In this document: piece after piece, positions 46,566-54,412 of the stretch
Numbering within the stretch: position 1 is the first letter of the stretch
Layout of the letters: every line of letters starts with the position of its first letter
Assembly: GCA_035504495.1 (NCBI GenBank)
Contig: DATJRT010000033.1
Coordinates: 1 to 54,412, forward strand
Direction: 5' to 3'
DNA length: 54,412 nt
Source of the DNA: Terracidiphilus sp.
Lineage (GTDB): Bacteria; Acidobacteriota; Terriglobia; Terriglobales; Acidobacteriaceae
Program-made: the position numbers and the translations under genes
Notes under the pieces: model-generated
The model's database searches: none
What the model was told of the DNA's origin: nothing
The model's input: only the letters and a program-made list of their open reading frames with translations

Positions 46566-47471
46566 ATGATGGAACTCGTGCAGATCGAGCCTGCGCGCCG
46601 CATACCCGCTCCCAAGCCGGAGTGGCTCAAGGCGCGCGCGCCCATGGGCGAAAACTACCACGATCTCAAGCGCCTCGCCCGGTCACTTTCACTCCACACC
46701 GTCTGCGAGAGCGCCCACTGCCCCAACATTGGCGAGTGCTGGCACCATAAGACCGCTACCTTCATGATGCTCGGCAACCTGTGCACCCGCCGCTGCGGCT
46801 TTTGCGCCGTGCCCAAGGGCCGTCCCGAGCCTATCGACTTCGACGAGCCCCACCGCGTCGCTCAGGCCGTCGCTTCCCTCGGTCTTCAGCACGCCGTGAT
46901 TACCAGCGTCAACCGCGACGACGACAACCTCGGCGGCGCCCGCGCCTTCGCCTTCGTGATTCAGGAAATTCGCCGCCAGGCGCCCGGCTGCCGCGTGGAA
47001 GTCCTCATTCCCGATTTTCAAGGCATCCCTGAAGCCATCCGTATCGTCGTCGAGGCGCGCCCGGAGATCCTCAACCACAACACCGAGACCGTCCCCCGCC
47101 TCTACCGCGTAGTCCGCTCCGGCGCACGTTACCAGCGCACCCTCGAGCTGCTGCGCTACGCCAAGGAACTGCGGCCCGCAGGACTCACCAAGTCGGGCGT
47201 CATGGTCGGCCTCGGCGAAGAGACCCATGAGCTCCTCGACGTCTTCCGCGATCTGGCCCGCGCCGCCTGCGACATCCTCACGATCGGCCAGTATTTGCGC
47301 CCTTCGCGCGATCACCTGCCCATCGCCCGCCTCTACACGCCCGCAGAGTTCGCCGACCTCAAGCGCGAAGCCCTGCGCATGGGCTTCCGCCACGTCGAAT
47401 CTGGCCCGCTGGTCCGTTCCAGTTACCACGCTCACGAACAAGCTGCGTCCGCGGCCGCCGAAGTCGCGTAA
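46566..47471 (+). CDS. lipA: Lipoyl synthase
   Basis: CESAHCPNIGEC, CTRRCGFC and RSSYHA motifs. Confidence 0.98.
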   Translation: MMELVQIEPARRIPAPKPEWLKARAPMGENYHDLKRLARSLSLHTVCESAHCPNIGECWHHKTATFMMLGNLCTRRCGFCAVPKGRPEPIDFDEPHRVAQAVASLGLQHAVITSVNRDDDNLGGARAFAFVIQEIRRQAPGCRVEVLIPDFQGIPEAIRIVVEARPEILNHNTETVPRLYRVVRSGARYQRTLELLRYAKELRPAGLTKSGVMVGLGEETHELLDVFRDLARAACDILTIGQYLRPSRDHLPIARLYTPAEFADLKREALRMGFRHVESGPLVRSSYHAHEQAASAAAEVA

Positions 47472-47555
47472 CGCGCCGCTTTCGCATTCCCTCGCAGGCT
47501 GTAGAATAGCCCTTGGCGTTTTGTCCTTTTTCACTAAGGAAGAGGTCCAGGAACC

Positions 47556-48140
47556 ATGGCATCCTTCATGGACGGCAACCCGGCACTCAAGGGACTCGCA
47601 AGCGACTTGAGGCGGCGCATGGATCAATCTGTCGCCGACTTCCAGGCCAACCTCGCCTCTACGCGCACCGGCCGCGCCAGCGTGCACATGCTCGACCAGG
47701 TCAAGGTGGACTACTACGGCACGCTCACACCCATCAACCAGATGGCGCAGGTCTCCGCGCCCGAGCCGCAGCTCATCCTCATTTCGCCCTGGGACCCGAC
47801 CATCCTCAAGGAAGTCGAAAAAGCCATCCAGTCCTCCGACCTCGGCTTCAATCCCATCTCCGACGGCAAGGTCATCCGCGTACCCGTCCCGCCTATGACC
47901 GAGGAGCGACGCCGCGACGTCTGCAAGCACCTGAACAGAGTGCTCGAAGAGCACCGGACGGCCGTCCGCAACGTCCGCCGCGATGGCAACGAGGCCCTCA
48001 AAAAGCTGGCCAAAGAGAAGAAGATCAGCGAGGACGACGAGGAGCGCGCCATGGAAGAGGTGCAGAAGATTACCGACGCCGAAATCCGCCGCATGGAAGA
48101 GCTTTCGCAGAAAAAGGAAGCGGAAGTGATGCAGGTGTAA
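47556..48140 (+). CDS. frr: Ribosome recycling factor
   Basis: RTGRAS, YYG, PPMTEERR, RNVRR and KEAEVM motifs. Confidence 0.98.
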   Translation: MASFMDGNPALKGLASDLRRRMDQSVADFQANLASTRTGRASVHMLDQVKVDYYGTLTPINQMAQVSAPEPQLILISPWDPTILKEVEKAIQSSDLGFNPISDGKVIRVPVPPMTEERRRDVCKHLNRVLEEHRTAVRNVRRDGNEALKKLAKEKKISEDDEERAMEEVQKITDAEIRRMEELSQKKEAEVMQV

Positions 48141-48231
48141 GTCGCTCCACTACTGCGTCTTCGGCGACATCGCGGTGGATCTTCGCGCGTTCTGGAGAGG
48201 TCTAAGAGCAGGAGCCGGCCCGGAAGTAGCA

Positions 48232-48558
48232 TCAGAGAATCTTATAGATAGCCTGGTTAATCCCGTTCCATTCCTCGATCAGCCGGGCGAACAGGTCTTC
48301 GCCCAGCGCGGTAAGCCGGTAAAACCGTCTATTCCGCTTCTCCTCTTCCCTCCACTCGCTGGTCAGCACCCCTTGCGTCTCCAGCCTCCGCAGCAGTGGA
48401 TAGAGCGTGCTTTCGTCGATTTCCATCCCCTGCCCGACCAGCTCCTTACACAGCGAGTACCCATAATGCTCGGTGCGCAGCTGACCCAGCACCGCCAGCG
48501 TCAGGCATCCGCGCCGCAACTCTAAGCGCATGTTTTCGAGTAATTTAGACGATGACAC
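48232..48558 (-). CDS. PadR-family transcriptional regulator
   Basis: ELRRG, YGY, TLYPLLRRLE and RRFYRLT motifs. Confidence 0.92.
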   Translation of the reverse strand: MSSSKLLENMRLELRRGCLTLAVLGQLRTEHYGYSLCKELVGQGMEIDESTLYPLLRRLETQGVLTSEWREEEKRNRRFYRLTALGEDLFARLIEEWNGINQAIYKIL

Positions 48559-48571
48559 GGCGAATGTTCCT

Positions 48572-48610
48572 TGTATACCATATCATATACACTGTGTCGT
48601 ACATGGTATA
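48572..48610. promoter_or_regulatory. Candidate PadR autoregulatory operator
   Basis: Overlapping palindromes TGTATA-N8-TATACA (48572-48591) and TATACCAT...ATGGTATA (48574-48610) just upstream of the gene. Confidence 0.5.
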
Positions 48611-48767
48611 TTTAGCCGACTGAACAGGAGAGCGGCAATCTCCGTCTCGCCGAGGCGGGATGGGTTAATTTCTTAAAGAAAATAAAGAGGTTAAATCTCG
48701 GAGCCGGACCGGAGCTGGTAGCCAAACAGTCAACTTGCTCTGACTGGCGTGGACCAGCGCGCCTTTT

Positions 48768-49958
48768 CTACTTTTTTGCCCGCCTATAGAACGGCAACGC
48801 CACCTGCTTCGCCCGCACGCGGTTTCCCCTGACATCGACCAGTACATCCTCGCCGCTCGCGGCAACCGCCGCCGGCACCAGCGCCATGGCAATATTCGTC
48901 TTCAAGAATGGCGCCGGCGAGCCGGATGTCACTTTACCGATCACTTCTCCAGAGAGTGAAAGCACGGAGTGCCCATCCCGCGCGATTCCCCGCTCCACCA
49001 TCTCCAGGCCCACGATCTTTCTCTTCGGCCCGCCCTCTGCCTGCACCGCCAGCAAAGACTCACGTCCGATAAAAGGACCCTTGTCCAGCTTCAGCCAGCG
49101 CGTCAGCCCCGCCTCCAGCACGGTGATCTCCTCGGAGATCTCGTGCCCGTAGAGGCTCATCCCCGCCTCGAGGCGCAGCGTGTTGCGCGCCCCCAGCCCG
49201 CACGGGCGAATGCCAAACTCCGCCCCCGCCTCGAGCAGCGCCTCCCACATCTTCACCGTGGTGGCCTCGTCGCTGGGCGTGTACACCTCGAACCCGTCCT
49301 CGCCCGAGTACCCCGTCCGTGCGATCAGTACATTCGGAATCCCCGCTACCGTCCCCCACGTGAACCAGTAGTTCTTAATCGCGCCCAGGTCCACTTTGGT
49401 TAGCTTGCTCAATGTTTCGAGCGCTCGCGGCCCCTGCAGCGCCAGTTGCGAATAGTAGCTCGAGTAGTCGCTGATATGAATGGAAGGAAACCCGCCCGCC
49501 TGCTTGCGGATCCACGCGATGTCCGAGTCCTTCGTTCCCGCATTTACCACGAGCAGATAATCGTTCGCACCCAGCCGGTGCACCAGAATGTCGTCCACAA
49601 AGGTGCCCTGGGGAGTGAGCAGCGCCGAGTAGTGCGCCTGTCCGTCGGCGAGTTTCGAGGCATCGTTCATGGTGATGTGCTGCACCGCATTGAGCGCGCC
49701 GGGGCCGCGAAACTGGATTTCGCCCATATGGCTCACATCAAAGAGCCCCACCCCTGTCCGCACCGCCAGGTGCTCGGCAATGAGGCCGCCGCCGGGACTG
49801 GGGTATTCGACCGGCATATCCCAGCCGTTGAAGTCCACCATCTTAGCCTTCAGAGCGCGGTGCGCGGCGTTGAGCGCGGTTTTTTTGAGCGGAGCCGGAG
49901 TAGAAGGCGGCGTGGCGGAAGTCGCGGAGGCAGGCGTTGGCGAAGCAGATATGGTCAT
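48768..49958 (-). CDS. gcvT: Glycine cleavage system aminomethyltransferase T
   Basis: FNGWDMPV, FDVSHMG, RTGYSGEDGFE, GLGARNTLRLEAG and TSG motifs. Confidence 0.96.
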   Translation of the reverse strand: MTISASPTPASATSATPPSTPAPLKKTALNAAHRALKAKMVDFNGWDMPVEYPSPGGGLIAEHLAVRTGVGLFDVSHMGEIQFRGPGALNAVQHITMNDASKLADGQAHYSALLTPQGTFVDDILVHRLGANDYLLVVNAGTKDSDIAWIRKQAGGFPSIHISDYSSYYSQLALQGPRALETLSKLTKVDLGAIKNYWFTWGTVAGIPNVLIARTGYSGEDGFEVYTPSDEATTVKMWEALLEAGAEFGIRPCGLGARNTLRLEAGMSLYGHEISEEITVLEAGLTRWLKLDKGPFIGRESLLAVQAEGGPKRKIVGLEMVERGIARDGHSVLSLSGEVIGKVTSGSPAPFLKTNIAMALVPAAVAASGEDVLVDVRGNRVRAKQVALPFYRRAKK

Positions 49959-49994
49959 GGGGAACCCCCTCAATCCTGTATCTTAATTGAACGT

Positions 49995-50165
49995 GTGAAG
50001 ACCGTTCGAGGCGCCGTGATGCTGCTCGCCGCCGCCGTAGCCCTCTGGCGCGGCTGGCATATCCACACCGGCCGCCTTGCACTCGTCGCTTACGCGCTGG
50101 CTGCGCTGGCGCTTGCCCTCGCCATCTGGCACTTTACGCGCAAGCCGCCACCGAGGCGTCTGTGA
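49995..50165 (+). CDS. Small hypothetical membrane protein (56 aa)
   Basis: GTG start. Two hydrophobic segments and a basic tail; fills the gap between gcvT and DUF2339. Confidence 0.5.
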   Translation: MKTVRGAVMLLAAAVALWRGWHIHTGRLALVAYALAALALALAIWHFTRKPPPRRL

Positions 50166-50230
50166 ACCGTTTTCCGTCAATCGCCGTACCTCCAATCCGG
50201 TTCAGGCTATAATGCCGCCATCTTCCGGCC

Positions 50231-53200
50231 ATGGAACTTTGGGGACTTCTTCTCTTCGGTCTGGCAGCGGCAATCCTCGGATTGCCTGTCGCCGCGCTCG
50301 TCGTCGCGCGCACGACCGCCCGCACCCTGCGCGAGGAGATGGCCATCCTGAGCGATCGCTTGCGTGATCTGGAAGTGCAGGTCGCCCACCTCGCCAGGCA
50401 GATCGCTGCACCCGCGACGCAGGTTTCGCATCCATCTCCACCGCAAGCCGCACAAGCGCCCATCGCTGCACAAACTCCACACGCAGCCATCCCCACGCTC
50501 CCGCGCCCGTCGCCGCCCCTCGCCGAGTCTCCCGCCGCGCAACCTCCGCCTGCACCTCCCAAGCCCCGACCCGCTCCGCTCGAGGCTCTCGAACCCGTCG
50601 CCTCCTTTCGCGCCGCACCCATTCCTCCACCCCGATTCTCGACCGAGCCATCGACGCCCAGCCGGGCGGAAAGGGCTTTTTCTCTCGAAGAACGTCTGGG
50701 CACCAACTGGCTCAACAAGATCGGCATTGCCATTCTGGTAGTTGGCCTGGCCTTCTTCCTCGCCTACAAGCTGCAGACATGGGGCCAGGCCGGCAAGGTT
50801 CTCTGCGGTTTTGCGATCAGCGCCGCGCTTCTTCTGGGCGGCGTTTGGCTTGAGCGCAAAGCTGCGTACCGCATCTTTGCGCGAGCCGGCATCGGCGGCG
50901 GATGGAGCCTCGCCTTCTTCACCACCTTCGCCATGCACCATATCGAGGCTGCGCGCATTCTTCCCTCGCTCACGGCCGACCTGGTGCTCATGCTCCTCGT
51001 TGCTGCCGGCATGGTGGCGCACTCGTTGCGATACCGCTCGCAGACCGTCACCGGCCTTGCCTTCCTGCTCGGATTCCTCACCCTCTTGACCAGCCACATG
51101 CAGGCCGCCAGCGGAACCGTCGTTTTCAGCCTCACCGCAAGCGCCATCCTCGCCATCGCGCTCGTGGCGGTCACCACGCGCCGCCACTACGCCATTCTTG
51201 AAGTCGCCGGCCTGATCGCCGTCTATCTCACACATTTCGCGTGGCTCACGCAGGTTCTGCCGGAAGACCGCTCCGCCTTCACCGAATTCTGGCCCTCCAC
51301 CGTGCTCGTCCTGCTCTATTGGCTAATCTTCCGCATGGCTTATGTGCTGCGCACGCCGCTCAACCAGACCGAGGAAAATCTCTCCAGCCTCGCCGCCGTT
51401 CTCAATTCCGCCGGCGTCCTGGGCGTGCTCAAATACCAGTCCGCTCACCCGGAATGGGCCTTCTGGGCGCTGGCCGCTCTGGGCGCCATCGAGATGGGCC
51501 TGGCTTTCTTCGTTCGCTCCCGGCGCCGCCAAGCCTTCGTCGTTCTCTCCACCGTCGCCGCGGTACTGCTCGTTGCCGCCGTTCCCTTCAAGTTCCACGG
51601 TGTCAGTTGGCCGGTGCTCTGGCTGGTGGAAGCACAAGCTCTCGCCATCTGCGGACTGCGTCTCGGCGAGCCCGTCTTCCGCCGCCTCGGCCTGCTCACC
51701 GGCATTGTCGCCGGAGCCGTCATCGCCGTTCACAACGTCGCGCCGCTCGCCTGGTATCGTCTTGACTACCCCGATCCCGCGCGCCACCTTTCGCTCACCG
51801 CGTCGTTGGCTCTGGCCGCCCTTCTTTACTGGATTCACGCCGAGCTCTATCCGCGCCGCTGGGCGCAAATCGCGGAAAACGAATTCGAGGCCCTCGCGCT
51901 CAGGGTCACCAGCTGGCTCGGCGCCTCGGCCGCCGCCGCCGCACTCTGGGTCGTGTTGCCCTCGCCCTGGATCGTCCCCGGCTGGCTCGTTCTCGTCTTC
52001 GCTCTCGGCCTCGCGGCCGACCGTCTTCAAGCCGTCTCGCTCGCCCTCGAATCCGATGCGCTCACCCTCGCCGCCTGCGTGGGACTCTTCGCCTGGAATT
52101 TCTGGAACAGCTCCGGCTCGAACGCCTCAGACTGGCTCGATCACCGGCTCCCGCTCGGTGCCTCGGTCGTGCTTTTCTACGCCGGCATGCGCCGCAAAAC
52201 CGTCCCTGAAGGTTTCGCCCGCTACGCGCCACTGCTCTACTCATGGCTGGCCACGCTGCTGCTCGCCTACCTTGCTCTCGATCAGTCCTCCATCGTCGCA
52301 CTCGGCCCGCTCTGGGCAATCCTCGGTCTCGTGCTTTTTGAGCTCGGCCGCTTTACGCGCAAAGGCTTTCTGCGCTGGCAAGGATTGTTTCTCGTCGCGC
52401 TCGCCTTTGGCCGCTATCTGCTCTGCGACCTGCCCGACAGTTCCGGCAATTTTGCGCAACTCCTCGGGACGCATCCCGCCGGCCATTTCAGCTTTTCCAA
52501 TTCGTTGCTCTTCGAGGTTTTTGTTCTCGCCGCCGCCGGATACTGGCTGGCCGAACGGGCACGACTCGGCGATCCGCGTAGTCAGACCGAGCAGATTGCA
52601 GGTTTCGTCTCCGGCTGTCTGAGCACCTTCTCCATCGCCGTCTGGTTTGCCTTCCGCTTTCCGTCCGACTGGGTGCCCGTTGCCGGCGGTGAGCACTGGG
52701 TCACCTCCATCTGGGCGGCCATGGCTACTGTATTCGTCGCCATCGCCTGCCTTATTCGCCGTCGCGCCCTTCTTGCCCAGGCCGTCTTCCTCGCCTTCTC
52801 CGCGGCCGTTCGCGGCATCTCTCTCGATCTCTCCTGGATTTCTTTCTCCTCGAACGGCGAATCCGCCTTCTGGGGCGGACCGCTCTTCCACATATCCATC
52901 GCCGCGCTCGTGCTACTCGCGGCGCTACCCTTCGCCTTTCAATTGCGCCGGCTTCAGGTTCCCGCGCCGGATTCGTTCCGCTTCCTTCTCACCCGCACCG
53001 AGCAATGGTTCTTCTTCACGCCTTTCGGCCTGATGGTCCTCGCCCTGGCCGCGGAACTTAGCTCCGGCCACATCACCATCGCCTGGAGCCTGATGGGCTT
53101 CGCCGTTTTTCTCTTCGCACTGGCCGTCGGCGAGCGCAGCTACCGCCTCGCCGGTCTCGCCCTGCTCCTCTTGAGCGTGGTCAAAATCCTGCTCATGGAT

Positions 53201-53317
53201 GTCTGGGCGCTTGCCCCAGCCGACCGCTACACCACCCTTATCATCCTCGGCCTTGCACTGCTCGCAGTGTCGTTCCTCTACACACGCTTCAGCACCGTCA
53301 TCCGCAAGTATCTTTAG
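50231..53317 (+). CDS. DUF2339-family large membrane protein
   Basis: N-terminal TM, coiled coil and Pro-rich linker, then LEERLGTNWLNKIG, many TM segments, and KILLMD..RY..LI.LG C-terminus. Confidence 0.9.
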   Translation: MELWGLLLFGLAAAILGLPVAALVVARTTARTLREEMAILSDRLRDLEVQVAHLARQIAAPATQVSHPSPPQAAQAPIAAQTPHAAIPTLPRPSPPLAESPAAQPPPAPPKPRPAPLEALEPVASFRAAPIPPPRFSTEPSTPSRAERAFSLEERLGTNWLNKIGIAILVVGLAFFLAYKLQTWGQAGKVLCGFAISAALLLGGVWLERKAAYRIFARAGIGGGWSLAFFTTFAMHHIEAARILPSLTADLVLMLLVAAGMVAHSLRYRSQTVTGLAFLLGFLTLLTSHMQAASGTVVFSLTASAILAIALVAVTTRRHYAILEVAGLIAVYLTHFAWLTQVLPEDRSAFTEFWPSTVLVLLYWLIFRMAYVLRTPLNQTEENLSSLAAVLNSAGVLGVLKYQSAHPEWAFWALAALGAIEMGLAFFVRSRRRQAFVVLSTVAAVLLVAAVPFKFHGVSWPVLWLVEAQALAICGLRLGEPVFRRLGLLTGIVAGAVIAVHNVAPLAWYRLDYPDPARHLSLTASLALAALLYWIHAELYPRRWAQIAENEFEALALRVTSWLGASAAAAALWVVLPSPWIVPGWLVLVFALGLAADRLQAVSLALESDALTLAACVGLFAWNFWNSSGSNASDWLDHRLPLGASVVLFYAGMRRKTVPEGFARYAPLLYSWLATLLLAYLALDQSSIVALGPLWAILGLVLFELGRFTRKGFLRWQGLFLVALAFGRYLLCDLPDSSGNFAQLLGTHPAGHFSFSNSLLFEVFVLAAAGYWLAERARLGDPRSQTEQIAGFVSGCLSTFSIAVWFAFRFPSDWVPVAGGEHWVTSIWAAMATVFVAIACLIRRRALLAQAVFLAFSAAVRGISLDLSWISFSSNGESAFWGGPLFHISIAALVLLAALPFAFQLRRLQVPAPDSFRFLLTRTEQWFFFTPFGLMVLALAAELSSGHITIAWSLMGFAVFLFALAVGERSYRLAGLALLLLSVVKILLMDVWALAPADRYTTLIILGLALLAVSFLYTRFSTVIRKYL

Positions 53318-53330
53318 TCCAAGGATCGTC

Positions 53331-53999
53331 ATGCTCACCCTCTACAACCGCATCCAGGGCCGGAACACCGATCGCCTCGCCGCGCTCAGTGACGGCATCT
53401 TCGCCGTGGCCATGACCCTGCTCGTGCTCGACCTGCACCTCCCGTCGGCCACCCAGGTCCACTCCGAACGCGAGCTTTTTTTCGCCCTCGGCGCGCTCGG
53501 GCCGCAGTGGCTCGCCTACGGCATGAGCTTCCTCACCCTCGGCATCTTCTGGGCCGGCCAGCAAACCCAGCTCAACCACATCGGCGAAGGCACCCGCGAC
53601 CTTACCTGGATTCATCTCGGCTTTCTCTTCGCCGTCACGGTCATGCCGCTTTCCACGCGCCTGCTGGCCGAATTCATCACCTACCGCGCGGCCATCGCCA
53701 TTTACTGGCTCAACATCTTCGTGCTCGGCGCCATGCTTTATTGGAGCTGGGGCCACGCCACACGCGCCGGCCTAGTCAAGCCGGACATCCCGCCGGCGAT
53801 CGTCGCCAGCATCTGCCGCCGCATCCTCATCGCGCAATCGCTCTACCTGGCCGGCGCCCTGCTCTGCTTAATCAACACCTGGGTCAGCCTCGCAGCCATT
53901 GTCTGCGTGCAGTTGAACTACGCCATCGCCCCGCGCCTGTGGTGGAAACGCGATGACACGCCCGGCGACGACAAGCCCGCCGCCCTCCCGCAAAAGTAG
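53331..53999 (+). CDS. TMEM175-family (DUF1211) channel
   Basis: RLAALSDGIFAVAMTLLVL signature. Confidence 0.9.
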   Translation: MLTLYNRIQGRNTDRLAALSDGIFAVAMTLLVLDLHLPSATQVHSERELFFALGALGPQWLAYGMSFLTLGIFWAGQQTQLNHIGEGTRDLTWIHLGFLFAVTVMPLSTRLLAEFITYRAAIAIYWLNIFVLGAMLYWSWGHATRAGLVKPDIPPAIVASICRRILIAQSLYLAGALLCLINTWVSLAAIVCVQLNYAIAPRLWWKRDDTPGDDKPAALPQK

Positions 54000-54094
54000 C
54001 AGCGCCCCGACGGACAATTTGGAGCAACTTGCCCACGCCGTTCGTGTTTGCTTTTGTACGGCCGGGCACGCTTGTCCTGCCGCGGAGGATTGCG

Positions 54095-54259
54095 ATGTTT
54101 ATGGCAGGGTTGAACGATTTGGCAATGGTACGTTTCCTGGTTGTCCATGGAGGCCGCGGGGGCGACGGCTTTGGCCTGCTTCTAATGGGCATTGTCGCCG
54201 TCGGCGTACTGGTTTGGGCTCTTTCTCACTCCGGCAGCAACCAGTCAGCCAAGAGCTGA
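54095..54259 (+). CDS. Small hypothetical membrane protein (54 aa)
   Basis: GGAGG RBS; one TM segment after a Gly-rich stretch. Confidence 0.6.
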   Translation: MFMAGLNDLAMVRFLVVHGGRGGDGFGLLLMGIVAVGVLVWALSHSGSNQSAKS

Positions 54260-54272
54260 ACCTCGCACGGCC

Positions 54273-54412
54273 TAAGGCATTTCTCCTTCAGGTATAGCCG
54301 TCTTGATTTTCGTGCAAGGTGGCGATTTCTTCCGCCCCAGCGACCTAGACCTGTCGCCGGGGACCCCAGGGAAAATCGCCACTTGAAGGTATCGGTTTCG
54401 GTATGCATCAGA
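54273..54412. mobile_element. MITE-like element (copy 3) with internal hairpin module; truncated by the window end
   Basis: Near-identical to 8536-8675; insert at 54331-54369. Confidence 0.88.

Noticed and set aside
48623-48662. GGAGAG...CGCCGA resembling a glycine riboswitch near gcvT
   Set aside because: It is downstream of gcvT, on the opposite strand, and lacks the CCGAAG and CUCUCAGG core.

Overview
GC-rich chromosomal window, most likely from a subdivision-1 Acidobacterium (inferred from the acidobacterial-type VWA and TonB proteins and overall gene content). Left part: a truncated radical SAM gene divergent from a tandem USP, three small stress proteins, pgl-glk-eutBC and a kduD/KdgF-like group. 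Right part: GH29, folP, dacB, lipA, frr, PadR, gcvT, DUF2339 and TMEM175. Between them (about 12-41 kb) is an accessory block that looks like an uncharacterised surface-glycan/exopolysaccharide system. It encodes a 1401-aa TPR plus beta-barrel protein, GT4, GT2, a GT-C-like membrane protein with three coupled exported proteins, a flippase fused to a DGNHR (ParB/Srx-like) domain, a GH71/GH99-like lipoprotein, a Tmk-like kinase, a nucleotidyltransferase and a STAS protein. In the intergenic DNA there are four copies of a TA-flanked MITE-like element. Two carry a ~40-bp hairpin module in their central loop, and a covarying copy of that module occurs separately at 42361. CRP/FNR-like boxes and a recurring (G/T)CRTCHAA upstream motif are also present. 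No tRNA, rRNA, CRISPR array or transposase was seen. All family calls come from motif recognition, not database searches.
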